From Octopus sinensis (Eukaryota), in the NCBI RefSeq assembly GCF_006345805.1, contig NC_042997.1, positions 171,678,001 to 171,742,000 of the forward strand: 64,000 nucleotides of DNA. The letters run 5' to 3'. Of the stretch, positions 1 through 14,112 are shown piece after piece. Numbering within the stretch: the stretch's first letter is position 1; every line of letters begins with the position of its first letter. Below the pieces are notes generated by a model. That model was not told the origin of the DNA, searched no databases, and saw nothing but the letters and a program-made list of their open reading frames with translations. The translations under genes were made by a program, and so were the position numbers.

Positions 1-622
1 CAGCTTTGTATGTATATGTGTGTATATGTTTGCATATCTGCATTTGTCGCACCACCATTGCTTGACAACTGACGTTGGTTTGTTTACATCTTCATAACTT
101 AGCACCTTGGCAAAAGAGACCAGTAGAAAAAATAATAGACTTACAAAGAATAACTCCAGGGGTCAATTTGTTCAACTAAAGGTGATGCTCCAGCATGGCC
201 GCAGTCAAATGACTGAAACAAATAAAAGAATAAAAGAATACATACAAACATACATACATACATATATACATACATATATATATTTTTATTTATATGCAAT
301 ATATGCTATATGTTTATATATCTAAATGTCTGCATATATATGTATGTATATATACATACACACACACACATACATACATACATACCTACATACATACAAA
401 CATACATATACATACATTCATACATACATATATATATTTTTATTTATATGCAATATATGCTATATGTTTATATATCCAAATGTCTGCATATAGATGTATG
501 TATATATACATAAACACATGCATACAAACATGCATACATACATACATACATACATACATACATACATACATGCATGCATGCATGCATGCATGCACGCACG
601 CACGCACGCATGCACACACACA

Positions 623-665
<43 letters not shown>

Positions 666-1116
666 TACATACATACATACATACATACATACATACATAC
701 ATACGTATGTAAAAAAACTCGCTTCCTTTATCAAACAACCTTTATTTTCGGTCTTTTCATTTCATACAGACACAAAATGAAGAACAGAAAATCAAGAATG
801 CAGAAGACTGAACGACAGCAAGGAAAGTCGTTAAGGGCAACTCGGGCTACAATATGGAATCTAACCATAATAGAATTCTGATTCATGATGGAAATTGATT
901 GCCAGAAGCCACAGAATTGTAAGCAAACTGGTTTAGAATTTGAACCAGTTATTTTCAAGCTAAAAACTATCAAGAGGTTTGGAACTAAATAATTTAAAAC
1001 ATTCTTTTACTCTGTTAGCTATAGTGAACTCTAACCACATGGACAAGCCACACTCATACAAACCTCTCACACTGTTTATACATAGGTGTAAACTTCACTT
1101 ACACAAAGACACACAT

Positions 1117-1159
<43 letters not shown>

Positions 1160-1246
1160 TACACACACACATATATGTATATACAGGTGTGTATACATAA
1201 TAAACATATATATATGTATACACACACACACATATATATGTATGTA

Positions 1247-1277
<31 letters not shown>

Positions 1278-1417
1278 TGATATAGATAGATAGATAGTTA
1301 TACATACATACATACTTACACATACATTCATATATATGTGTATATATACACACATATAGACACAAACACATTCATATACACACATATAGACACATACACA
1401 TATATGTTTATATATAT

Positions 1418-1824
1418 ATCTTTTATCTTTTACTTGTTTCAGTCATTAGACTGTGCCATACTGGGGCACTGCCTTGAATTTTAGTCAAATGAATCAACCA
1501 AAGTACTTATTTTTTAAGCCTGGTACTTATTCTATTAGTCTCTTTTGCCAAACCGCTAAGTTACTGGGATGTAAACACACCAACACTGGTTGCCAAGCGG
1601 ATATGGGGGCAAACAGAAACAAAAAGATACGCACACATAGATATATATATACATATGTATATGATGGACTTCTTTCAGTTTCTTTCTACGACATCCACTC
1701 ACAAGACTTTGGTCAGCCTGAGGCTATTGCAGAAGACATTTGCTCAAGGTGCCACCTAGTGGGACTGAACCCAGAACCATATGGTTGGGAAGCAAGCTTC
1801 TTACCACACAGCCACTCCTGCACC
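1418..1824 (-). mobile_element. tRNA-headed SINE family A with internal microsatellite
   Basis: Head GGAGTGGCTGTGTGGTAAG..GGTTCAGTCCCAC, central (TA/TG)n, tail CAGTCAAATGACTGAAACAAGTAAAAGA. Confidence 0.85.
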
Positions 1825-3724
1825 TATGTATATCTTATGTATGCATGTCTGTATACATATATATAAATGTGCATGTATGTGTGTGTGTATGTGTATAGGT
1901 ATATATACATACACACACATATAAGTAAGACTCCCGACTATATATGTGTATGTGTGTGTGCATGTGTGAGTGAGTGTGTGTGTGTAGATAGATAGATAGC
2001 TAGATAGGTATAGATAGATAGACAAACACATAAATATATATACTTACACACACACAAATATATACACACATGCACATATATATGTATGTACATATATATG
2101 TGTATATATGTATATACATACAGATATATACATACTAATACATACATATACATATATATATATTTACATATATATGTGTATATATATCTATATCTATATT
2201 TACACACACATATATATATATATGTATATGTACATATGTATGTATGTATACATACAGATATATACATACTAATACATACATATACATATATATGTGTATA
2301 TATATCTATATCTATATTTACACACACACACTCATATATATATATATGTATATGTACGTATGTATGTATGTATGTATGTATGTATATATGTATGTATGTA
2401 TGCATGTATGTATGTATATATTTGTGTGTAATACATAGCATGACACACATACATGTACACACATACATTTAAATATGCACATTCATATGGATATTTAGAG
2501 GTATATAATTATATATACATTTAGAGGTACACACATCACAAACATAAGGACATTAAGATTAAAGTTCACACACACACAAACACACACACGGTCACACACG
2601 CACACAGAGAAACACATACAAACACATATACACACATGCATATGCTGCTGCTGCTGTCCATCGAATACTCTCCATCTATTACATATCACAAGAAACACAC
2701 CTGAGTGAGGCATATAAATACTTAATAGCTTTCTCAGTCTATACATAGAATGTGAAGGCTTTTAAACACACCACACACACACACACACACACACACGGAA
2801 CATGCATACACACACATACACATACATATGTAACAACACAAATACATAGGCATAGTCACCCCAACACACAATCACACCATCACCATCATTATGAACAACA
2901 GCAACGTTACAATTTCAACAACATTATGGATTTACTGTGTCTATCTTTAAGTTAAGAAGCATAGTATTCAGGAATCACAGAGGCGAAATTTCTAAGATTG
3001 GTTGTTGTCATGGCATCAAGTTGTTTTCTTTGACTTGAAGGAACTTCTTTTTCTGTTCCTTGTTTGATCAGTCTTACCCTCAAGGTGTTCGTCATCCAAT
3101 TCCTCCACTTGAAGCATATTTATTATTGTTATTTTCAAATTCTGTAATGGTATTTATCCTCCTCCTCCTCTTCCTCCTCCTATTCCTCATCCTCATCCTC
3201 CTCCTCTCTGCCTTCTTTCTCCTCTTCTTTTCTGCTTTCTCTCCTTCTTTCTCCTCGTAGTGTTTTGGCCTGGTTTGCATTGCATGTTTTGGCAATTTTC
3301 TTACATAGCACCATGAAAGGCAGAATTATAATGGTACTCCTGTTTCTCAGTGAAGGACTTCTGATCTTCACATAAACACCTACCCCCTCACACACACTCA
3401 CACACACATACACACACATATGCACATATATAGACAAACGTACGCATACATGGGTTATAATAGATAAGAAGAAAATGTACTCAATACATGATGTGGAACA
3501 CAATAAGACAATTTATTCAGTTGATGCTATATGCCCTGTTGCCTGGAGTTTCTAAATTCTTAACACTTGGCTGGCTGCAATAACACATTACTGAAAAGGC
3601 TTCAAAAAGTAGAAATATATTTGGCATTCGCTACAACCATTGTGGGAGTGATCTTTTTTTTTTTTGTCACTCACTGATATTCATTTCATATTTAACGAAG
3701 TATGTTTATAAAAGATACTATCTG

Positions 3725-4460
3725 AGGATGAATACTGTAGTACATCACCTATACATTACCATGATATATAAAGAGAGTTATTTTGATTTAATACAGTCTC
3801 AATGGCATATGCCAGATTTTTATTCAACTAAGCAGCTATTTACGACATCAGTGAATGTTTATTTACATTTTCCTATTTCAGGGGCAATGAATTCTCACCA
3901 GAGTACATGATTGGCTGTGGGTACAGATCATTGTGAAAGCCCAAAAAGATTGAAATGCATCTGGCATTTTTATTGGCCTTTTGTAGGGAGATTTTCTTTT
4001 TTCTGTGTGCCTCCAATATTCATTGTATTTTTAACACAGCGCAACCATAAAAAATGTTATCTCAAGACAAATACTGTAGTAAATTGCCTATCAATGGTGT
4101 ATATTCACTAAGTATGATACAAAGATAGCTAATTTAATTTAATATTACCTCAATTGTATATACCAGATTTTTATTTAACCAGGCAGTTATTTGCAACATC
4201 AGTGACTGTTTTGTTCACTGTTTCCTATATTAGAGGCAATGAATCATCATCTAAGCAAGTGACTGACAGCAAGTTTGTGCTAAAATGCATCTGGTGTTCT
4301 CATTGGCTGCTGTTAGGGTGTTTTGTTTTTTTTTTGGCTTTTCTGATATTTCTTATGTGTTATTAGCATGGCATTTTCCAGGATGAATATCACAGTAACT
4401 GGCCTATAAGCATTCTATATACATTAAGTTTGATACATAGATAGTTATTTTAATAGACTG
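3725..4460 (+). repeat. Old diverged tandem repeat, ~2.3 x ~340 bp
   Basis: AATACTGTAGTA..ATAT(G/A)CCAGATTTTTATT..CATCAGTGA..GGCAATGAAT..AAATGCATCTGG recurs. Confidence 0.7.
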
Positions 4461-4839
4461 TTTCTCTAACAAAGAAAAAAGTGAAAACAAACCCTTGAAA
4501 GAAGAATTCGACAATACAGAAACTCTGAATAGCAGAACTGACAGCTTCAGTCAAATAAATTTCGTGTGGTTTAAGAAGTGTACTTTTTAACCATATGGTT
4601 TCAAATTCTGTTCCACTGTTTGGCAAGATACAGACACAGCTATGTGGTTAACAAGCTTGCTTCTCAGCCGTGTTGTTTTGGGTTGAGTGTCACTGCATGG
4701 CACCTTATAAAAGCATCTTCTATTATAGCTTTGGTTAACCAATATCTTGTAAGAGAATTTGGTCAGTGGAAACTGCACAAAGCCTGTTGTGCATGTATGT
4801 ATGTATGCATGTATGTACATACGTACATATGTATGTATG

Positions 4840-4912
<73 letters not shown>

Positions 4913-5494
4913 CACATATATACATATGTGTATATATGTGTGTGTGTGGGTATGTATGTTTTATCTCAATCTTGAAATAAAACTAAATAATGACATACAT
5001 ACATACTGGTGACACATAATAGACACCCATGCTGGTGACACGTAGAGGGCATCCATTACATTCTTGAAGGGGTTTGCATTAGGAAGGGCATCCAGCTGTA
5101 GAAGCCAAACAAAAATCTGACTGGAACCTAGCACAGCTCTCTGGCTTAGCAGTTCCACTCAAATTGTCTAACTAATGCCAGCATGGAAAACAGATGCTAA
5201 ATGTTGCTGCTGTTGCTGATAATATATATACATATATACATATATATTTATATATATATATATATATATATTTATTTTTAATAAGTGTAGATCGTATACG
5301 AGTGGGTATATATTTATAAAAAAGAAGTTTGAAAACGCCACTATATAAGATAAATTTTAATTTTCTTAGAAATTTTATGTTTTGGTTCTTCTTGAAAAAC
5401 GAACCTTATCAAAAATATTTTAAAAAGTTAAGTGTAATAAAAAAGTTCATAATTGTTTCTTACTGGTCTCAACAGAATCCACATGGTGGTGTTT

Positions 5495-5536
<42 letters not shown>

Positions 5537-5540
<4 letters not shown>

Positions 5541-5825
5541 TCAATCCAAACAAGAACAAACAAGAAAAAAACAACAAACGGGGATGTGGTACAAGTACTG
5601 TGTTATTGGATGCTCAGGAAAGGGAAGAAAAGAAAGAGGATTTTTTGAGCAGAGCTCTTCATCAGAAATATAGAAAAATCCAAAGAAGAGAAGAAGAGAA
5701 AGAAAATCGTCAACGATACATACACAGGAAATCTTTTCTTTCCTTTCCTGAGCATCCAATAACACAGTACCTGTACCACACCCTTGCACTGTTTTTTTTT
5801 GTTTGTTCTTGTTTGGATTGACTAT
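5537..5825 (-). mobile_element. Penelope-type short element (family P2) with degenerate hammerhead (5641-5668) plus adjacent inverted partial copy (5729-5825)
   Basis: Arms ATAGTCAATCCAAACAAGAAC.. and ..GTTCTTGTTTGGATTGACTAT. The minus strand reads TTT-CTGATGA-A-GAGC-TCT-GCTC. Confidence 0.7.
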
Positions 5826-5933
5826 ATACCACACGCTCACACAGACACTGGCCTTCTAACTGACTTTGGGGTACCTAATTCCTGGAATTCTTGTATCTCT
5901 GGATTACTGTTCCTGTTCATTCAAATTATGCCA

Positions 5934-5971
<38 letters not shown>

Positions 5972-6079
5972 GTATATATATATATATATAGGGAGAATTC
6001 ACAAAAAAACAAAAGACGAAGACAGGTGGTGTAGAAAACAAACAGATGTATTAGTATAACGCTCAGGAATAGAAAAAGT

Positions 6080-6115
6080 CTTTAACGTTTCGAGCCTATG
6101 CTCTTCCACAGAAAG
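6080..6115 (-). ncRNA. Minimal type I hammerhead-like motif with U at core position 6 (family P3, element ~5990-6175)
   Basis: CUUU-CUGUGGA-A-GAGC[AUAG]GCUC-GAAAC-GUU-AAAG. Stems I and II are perfect and stem III is the palindrome AACGUU. Confidence 0.65.
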
Positions 6116-9057
6116 GAACACAGAAAGAAACAAGGAGAGAAAAAAAATGTGTGTAGTGGCTAGTGATCTATCAAGTATATATATATATATAAATTTTTTA
6201 CCAGTTCAAATATGCTTGGGTATATTTGAACTTGTAAGAAAGCCATTCACTGTAGTTTTGTCATGGAGAAAAATTCTCGCTGCAGACAAAAAAGTGTAAA
6301 AACACCAAGTCAGCCTGGAGCACCTCCTACCTAGATCAATAGATGAATGGATTTTGGAGTAGTTATCTTCTCTTCAGCATCGAATACTTGAAAGGGCAGC
6401 ACTACAAACTAACAATGAGAGACTGGATCTCTCTTATAATCCCAAGTATTATGACTGGTTGTGCTAATCAGCAGCCTGACAATAATAAAGTACAGATTTA
6501 AAATGCTAAGCAGTGATGTGTACAAACATGAGCTTGTTTCCAGTTCAAATATGCTTGAGATATATTCAGACCTGTAGGACTTGGGTCAAAGGAAGGGCTT
6601 AATGAAAGCAGTGGGAAAGAGAGAAAAAGGATGAAGGAATAGAGAGAAGAGATGAGAAGTACATTAAGAAGTGCAAATGACCTGTTGAACTTCTTTAAGT
6701 ACTTCTGATTTTAATATTATTATAAACGGGTTGTTAGCCAATTCATTAATGTTAGAACTTTGGAATCATCTTGTATCAACACCGTCTTCATTTTATGTTC
6801 ACTTTTCATGCTGACATATGTAGGTCTCTTCAATAGCATTTAACTAGCCTTCAAATGTCTCAATTTTGGCATGATTTCTAAGTCTGAATGACCCTTCTAA
6901 CACCAACCAACTTACTGAGTGTACTGGTTATTTTGTTAACATTTTTATGACACCAGCCTTATAGAGGTTGTCTTGGGATCAGTAAGACAAAAGAGCCCAC
7001 TTGAGTTATGTACTGTCATTGTTCAGATTGATTACCAAACATTTAGAGTGTATAGGGAGCTTTTTATGGCACCAGCATTGTAGGGGTTGCCTTGTAGGTC
7101 GCAAAGCTATAGAGAGCACCCCATGATGTAAAGGAACAGATTTATTCTGAGAGGGTGGGTATGGAGAGAATAACAGAAGGGAAAAGTGTTGCAGTGAGAG
7201 AATAGAAGACAGAAGAATGAAAGTAGGGGAGTGCTGTTAGGGATTAGTGTGAAGGAGAGGAGGGGACAATGTGGGAATGGTATTGGGGTGTGTTAAGATT
7301 TTTGAATCATCTTGTATGTATGCGTATACACACAGATGCACACATACACACACACACACACACGCACACATATATACACACAGATATACTTACATGTAAA
7401 GTTACTTGAAACATGTTTATCTATAAGAATGTAAAGAAATTTTTCTTTTATGCTTCATCACATACTTGTATACACAGCATTGTTTTCTTAAGCCTATTGT
7501 TTGTTTTGTAATCTATTTTTGTTTTTACTTGCTTATGAATATTATTTGCACTTGTATATTGCAGATTTATGTACATGGAATTATGTACGTATGTTTAATG
7601 TATTGCTTACTTATGTATATTATATTGTTTATTCATATGCATATTATTTATTTAAGCCTATATTTTATTTATGCACATATTTATATATGCATACTGGTTT
7701 TTCAAAATGTCATTTCGGTTTATTTACATCATTCATTTGTGAACAATGGTATCATTGTTTATAAGTTTCCGCTGTCTCAGTCTTTTTGATCACAGCATTT
7801 CAAATGGTAAGACTTACAACAGGTATTTTTACTTAGTTTCTGAATGTTTTCCCAAATTCTTATATCAAAGAGCAGAAAAGTTTTGTCCAAAGTTGTGTAC
7901 CCTGCCATCAAACATCGAGAGACTGAGCACAGATGCAACTGCGCAAGCCTTTGTAAAATGGTGTTATTCTTCAACTTTTTGGAGTGATTTAATCCTTTAG
8001 AATTCAAACCAGCCATATCCAGCCAAAATATTCTACCAGTTTTATGTTAAAACTGGTGAGACTTGACCTCTCTCAGCTATCCTACAATGTCATTCTAAAA
8101 ATAAGCAATCGCACCATGAAAATCTCAAAACTACAAGATTAATTACATGATTAATTCAAAATAATGTGCATAAATAAGCTTTACATTTGAGAGCATAATC
8201 TGAATTCTTTATCACTAAATGCTGTTACTGAGAACTTTATTATCTACTTTGAGTTCCACTGTAAAGATGAAATTAATTTACTTAGATTCTTCTGAAGTTC
8301 TTAAATTCTTACAATGTAAACATCTTACAGTTCTTGCAGCCAATAACAAAGCTTCTAAAATGGATGTTGAAAATTCAAAAGCATTGCTTTTGTATATTGG
8401 TTATTGTGTTTGTCACGATCACAGATGTGGGTCCGTATCCCAAGGGCAAACTTCAACTTCCATCCAAGGAGTTTCTTAACCTAACTTTCTATATGCTATT
8501 ATCTATAGCTTTATCTTTGAGTTCCATTGTGAAAAAATAAATTTAGTTCAATTCTTTTTGAAGTTTCTAAATTCTCTTAAATTAAACACGCATACACACA
8601 CACACATCACCCTCATCATCAACATCATCATCATCATCATCACCACTTAACACCTGTTTTCCATACTGGCATGGGTTGGATGCTTCAACAGGATCCAACA
8701 AGCTTGAGGACTATGCTGAGTTCTAGTGCCCAGTTCAGTATGGTTTATATAGCTGGATGTCTTTCCTAGCACCAACAGTGTGAGTGTACAGGATGCATTT
8801 TTCTTTTCTGTGACACTGGCACTTTGTCTTATAAGTAACTCACAGGACAAGGAAAAGACCCTCACCTAAGTGGGATTGTGGTAGAGATTGAGGTGGCTTT
8901 GTACCTGGTGTTGAGAGGCTAAAGTATGTCAGAAGGACTGGCACAAGTGTCTTGCTACAGGGGAAGATACATCATCATCAACATCATCATCATCATCATC
9001 ATCATTTAATGTCTGCTTCCCATGGTAGCATGGATTGTATGGTTTGACAGAAGTTGA

Positions 9058-10620
9058 AAGGGAGTGAGCTGGCAGAAACATTAGCATGCCAGGTGAAATG
9101 TTTAGCGCTATTTCGTCTGCCATTACGTTCTGATTTCAAATTCCGCCGAGGTCAACTTTGCCTTTCATCCTTTCGGGGTCGATTAAATAAGTACCAGTTA
9201 CGCACTGGGGTCGATATAATCGACTTAATCCATTTGTCTGTCCTTGTTTGTCTTCTCTGTGTTTAGCCCTTTGTCGGTAGTAAAGAAATAAGAAGTTGAC
9301 CAGCTGGAGAGCTTTCTGGGTTCTATTTGTCTGTTTCAGTATGGTTTCTATGGCTATACGCCCTTCCTAATGTAAATCACTTTACAGTAGTGTGACTGGA
9401 TGTTTGATTTTTATCACTCTTGGTACATGTCCTCAGATTGACACCCAAACACTCTGAAATGTCTGTATTGGATCTTCTGGCATGAATGCCAAGCAGTACA
9501 GCATGTTGTTTCCAAATTTTTGGCTGAGTGAATTCTGCCATCCCTAGTTTCTCAGGCACAGATATTCTTCTCTGGATGGGATGCTGGTCTGTCACAGGAT
9601 TACTCATTCTTACCTGCTGAGTGAACTGGAGAATCATGAAATGAAGCATTTGGCTCAAGATCATGATGCATCACCCACTCCAGAAATCAAAACCACAATC
9701 ATACAATCATGAGTCCAACACTTTAACTACTAAGCTGCCCACTTTTACATTATACAAGAATGGATTGGAGTAAATGGGGTGGAGCTGGAAAGAGAGATAA
9801 TGCTCTTGGTGATGAAGTGTCAGAATGTACATTGGGAAAAAGGGATATTACAGCTCTTTATTAAGGTGGCCTGCTGGCAATTAGCATACCAGACAAAATG
9901 CTTAGTGGTATTTCATCCGTCTTTATGTTCTGAGTTCAAATTCTGCCAGAGTTGACTTTACCTTTCATTCTTTTGGGTTCGATAAAATAAATACCAGTTG
10001 AACACTGGGGTCAATGTAATTAATTTAGCCCTTCCCTTGAAATGGCTGGCCTTGTGCCAAAATTGGAAATTAATATTGCCTCTATTGAAGTGTCAGAATG
10101 TACATTTAGAAAAAGTGATATTACAGCTCTTTATTAAGGTGGCCTGCTGGCAGTTTAGCATACCAGGAAAAATGCTTAGTGGTATTTAAAGTGGCGAGCT
10201 GGCAGAAATGTTAGCACGCTGGGTGAAATGTTTAGCAGTTTTTCGTCTGCCGCTGCATTCTGAGTTCAAATTCCGCCATGGTCGACTTTGCCTTTCATCC
10301 TTTCGGGGTCGATTAAATAAGTACTAGTTACGCACAGGGGTTGATATAATTGACTTAATTCATTTGTCTGTCCTGGTTTGTCCTCTCTGTGTTTAGCCCA
10401 TTGAGGGTAGTAAAGAAATAGGTATTTCATCCGTCTTTATATTCTGAATTCAAATTCTGCCAGGGTCGACTTCGCCTTTTATTCTTTTGGGGTCGATAAA
10501 ATAAATACCAGTTGGATACTGAGGTCAATGTAATCAACTTAGCCCTTCCCTTGAAATGGCTGGCCTTGTGCCAAAATTGGAAATCAATATTGCCTCTCTT
10601 TATTGAAGTGTACTAATGTA
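9058..10620 (+). mobile_element. Cluster of family B SINEs, including a ~270-bp SINE+flank tandem duplication and a nested younger copy (10187-10420)
   Basis: Core GAGTTCAAATTC.GCC.AGGTC.ACTTTGCCTTTCATCCTTTCGGGGTCGAT.AA.TAAGTACCAG. The flank TGAAGTGTCAGAATGTACATT..TTACAGCTCTTTATTAAGGTGG is repeated. The nested copy has GTATTT on both sides. Confidence 0.85.
9392..9545 (-). mobile_element. Internally deleted maT-like fragment (transposase N-terminus fused to a mid-ORF segment)
   Basis: MAEFTQPKIWKQHAVLLGIHARRSNTDISECLGVNLRT (HTH-like) is joined at GTACATGT to a segment matching 30444-30480 (GACTGGATGT.TGATTTTTATCACTCT.GGTACATGT). Confidence 0.65.
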
Positions 10621-11788
10621 ATATTATTACTGATGCCAATATGGAAGGCAGTCATTAAATGATGATTACTGCTCTTTATATGAAGTGATGACATAAAGAT
10701 AAAAACTTTAGTGATACACCATAAAGACATGTTCTCTCTCATTCAGTAAGTAAAAGCAGATTCAATTTTATATGGCAAAAACTAGTTCTGTAAAATTATA
10801 TCCTTCCAGCCTACATGAAGCAAATGTAGCATATCTAATTTTATAAATGCCAAACTGCAGAACAATGAGCTAGAATTTCACTTCAGTGAAGTTTAGTTTT
10901 TGAAAGTGGGCATTGACCTTAAAATACAGAAGAAACTAGAAGTTACTGATTGAAGGGCTTTTACCAGAACTAAGTTTCAATGATTTGTGGACAAAATTAA
11001 TTTAAACAATTACGGCAATTTATGATTGAAATAAAATAAATGAAGTGAATAAGCTAATGAAAACCTCCTGTAACTTAATAGATTGCTGAGATACCATTCA
11101 AAGGTTGAGATTGTGAAGTAGATTAGCATTAGGAAGAGTGTCTCTTTGTAGAAAACACACCAAAGCAAACATGGGCATATTCAAGCAGTCCTCAGATCCA
11201 CCAGATCTTGTCAAACTGTCCAGCCTAATGCCAGTATGGGTCATCGAATTAATTGATGATGACAAAGGTGGCGATGATGATTAAAATCATATCTTTTGCT
11301 ATGGAGCTTAGATTTTTTTAAGAAGGATGAAGTTGGAAAATTATTAATGTGACCTACAAATGCATATGTCGTCTTTCTCCTCCTCCTCCTGCTGCTCCTC
11401 CTCCTCCTCCTCCTCATCATCATCATAATCTTCTTCTTCTTCTTCATCATCATCATTATCCTAATTTAACTCTTTATTCCCTACTGACATTGGGCTGGAC
11501 ACTTTGACAAGACCTGAGGACTGTTTGATACTCCCATGTTTGCTTTGGTATCATTTCTGCAAAGAGACACACTTCCTAAAGCCAAACTATATCACAGCAT
11601 GTACTGGGTGCTTTTTTTTTCATGGTACCAGCACCAGTGAGGTTGCCACATAATTTCTGATTCATTTGCACAGAACAAACGAACCTGAAACCATGTGGTT
11701 AGGAAGAAGACTCTTCAAATACTCACTCAAACCTCAACGTATATATACATACATATATATATATATATATATAATATATATATACATA

Positions 11789-12090
11789 CATCATCATCAT
11801 CACATCATCATCATCGTTAACAGTCCGTTTTCCGCGCTAGCCACGGTTTGGACGGTTTCGACCGGGGTCTGGGGAGCTAGGGACTGCCCCAGGCTCCAGT
11901 CTAGTCTGGCAGAGTTTCTACGGCTGGATGCCCTTCCTAACGCCAACCACTCCGCGAGTGTAGTGAGTGTTTTTTACGTGCCACCTGCACAGGTGCCAGG
12001 GGGGTCTGGCATCGGCCACGTTCGGATGGTACTTTTTTTTTTTTTTTTTTTTAGGTGGGGGGGGGGGGGGGTGTCAGATATAGGGGAGCA
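11789..12090 (-). mobile_element. 5'-truncated third copy of the C' constant module
   Basis: Shares the diagnostic CCGCGCTAGC..GGGGTCTGGGGAGCTAGGGACTGCCCCAGG variant with 43696 and 50500. Confidence 0.9.
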
Positions 12091-12334
12091 TATATATAAT
12101 ATATATACATACTATGTATATATATATATATATATACATACATACATATGTATATCTTATATATATATATATATATACATACATATGTATATATATATAT
12201 ATATATACATACATATGTATATATATATATCTATTATATATATATACATATGTATATATATATATAATATATATACATACATATGTATATATATATATAT
12301 ATATATATTATATACATATGTATATATATATATT

Positions 12335-12366
<32 letters not shown>

Positions 12367-12460
12367 ATTATATACATATATATATATATATATCTATATA
12401 CATTATATATATATATTATATTCATATATTATAATACCACCACACACATACATATATATA

Positions 12461-14049
12461 CAGTTGCGGCCAAAATGTTCAGAATGGCATTGTTTTCGTC
12501 AGAAAAGTAGGTACAATTTTTTATCAAAGTTGTTTTATATTCTATAATTTTCACAGACAATAAATACGATATTATTTGTTATTGTCTGAGAGAATAATAC
12601 AAAAGTTATGGATGATTTAGTGATTTACTGCAAAACCCATACTGGCCAAAATGATCAGAGCGGTTGAAAAAATAACAAAATAATCAGAAATGACAGAGAA
12701 TACTGGAATTATTTAATATTTAGCATGAAGCCCTTTAGCTTCAATCACACTTTGACATCTTCGACTGCATGAGGAAATTAAGTTTTCAATTTCTTGCTGG
12801 GTGATCTTATTCAATTTTCTTCCTGATGGGCATTCCATAATTGCTCAGTTGTTTTAGGATTTCTGGCTTTCGAACGTTCTCCTAGAATATTCCACACATT
12901 TTCTGGGCTTTGAGCAGGCCAATCCATAACAATAACCTTTTCAGCCTTGAGGAAGTTCATGACCACTTTAGCCTTGTGACATGGGGCATTGTCCTGCATG
13001 AATATGGATGGTCACTTAGTTGAATTTCTCAGCACAGGCAAGACATGATCTTTTACAAGTTGTTTATAGACTCCTGCATTTTACTTTCCATGTAATCGCA
13101 CCAAAGGGCCCACACCATCTCCAGATATCATCCCCCAAACCATGACACTTCCTCCACCGAATTTAACACTAGTCTTAAGGCATTTAGTCAACAATTTTTC
13201 ACCTACTTTTCGACGAACGTACCTTTTCCCATCTGAGCCAAATAACATAAACTTAGATTCATCACTGAAATTCACCGTTTGCCATTTTTCTTGAGACCAC
13301 AACACATGTTCGGTTGCAAAGGTAAGACAACACTTTTTATTCTTGGAGCCGATCAGTGGCTTCACTGCAGTGCTTGTAGGTCATGTTCAACTAAACGACG
13401 AGACAGTTTTTCGAGATAAAGTTTTCTTCAGTACAATGCTCATTTCCCGAGAAACAGCAGCAGCAGTTTTAAATCTGTCCTTTTTAACCAACTTTACCAT
13501 AGCATGATCTTCTCTCTTGGTCGTTTTTCTTGGCCTACCTGTAGACTTTCTCGCTTCACATGAACCACAATCATCGTAGACCTTAAGAGTACCATGAACA
13601 ACACTTTTTGACTTGTTAACAATCTTTGCAATAAACCCAATACTTAAATTATCCTTCTTTCGAAGCTTAATAATCTGCTAACGAATTGGTAACGGAGTAA
13701 GTGGCATTATATAAACAAAGTACACTGCAGATATTCTTACTAATGTTTAGTAAACGAACCGTCAAGTAAACAAATTCAAAACATTAGAGTTCGCAGGTTC
13801 AATATCCTAAAACACGGAGTAAAAGCAACCGTTCTGATCATTTTGGCCGTCATGGGTTTTGCAGTAAATCACTAAATCATCCATGACTTTTGTATTATCC
13901 TCTCAAATTACACCAGAATCTCAGACAATAACAAATAATATTGTATTTATTGTCTGTGAAAATTATAGAATATAAAACAAATTTGATAAAAAATTATACC
14001 TACTTTTCTGATGAAAACAATGCCGTTCTGAACATTTTGGCCGCCACTG
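12461..14049 (-). mobile_element. Tc1-family DNA transposon, full length (1589 bp), IR/DR-type ~200-bp TIRs, TA target
   Basis: Left end ta|CAGTTGCGGCCAAAATGTTCAGAA and right end TTCTGAACATTTTGGCCGCCACTG|ta. The TIRs run ~12461-12666 and ~13826-14049, each with an inner repeat GGCCAAAATGATCAGA. A transposase remnant lies inside. Confidence 0.95.
12713..13707 (-). pseudogene. Inactivated Tc1 (DD34E) transposase
   Basis: Manual translation gives MPLTPLPIR*QIIKLRKKDNLSIGFIAKIVNKSKSVVHG...STGRPRKTT (HTH + GRPR), then NFSDESKF, VMVWG and QDNAPCH...WPAQSP-ENVW. There are 29 residues between D2 and E because DLNPI is deleted (34 if restored). Stops and frameshifts are present. Confidence 0.93.
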
Positions 14050-14112
14050 TATATATTTATTTATTTATATATTGTCATCATCATTGTCATCCTCATTTAA
14101 TGTCTTATTCTA

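Noticed and set aside
770-918. Exon-like segment (CAG acceptor, GTAAGC donor)
   Set aside because: Stops in all three frames; at most a non-coding exon, and unsupported.
107-2955. Many long ORFs (H/T/Y/I- or C/V/M-rich)
   Set aside because: Translations of (CA)n, (TA)n and (CATA)n microsatellites with no domain content. The same applies to similar ORFs throughout the track.
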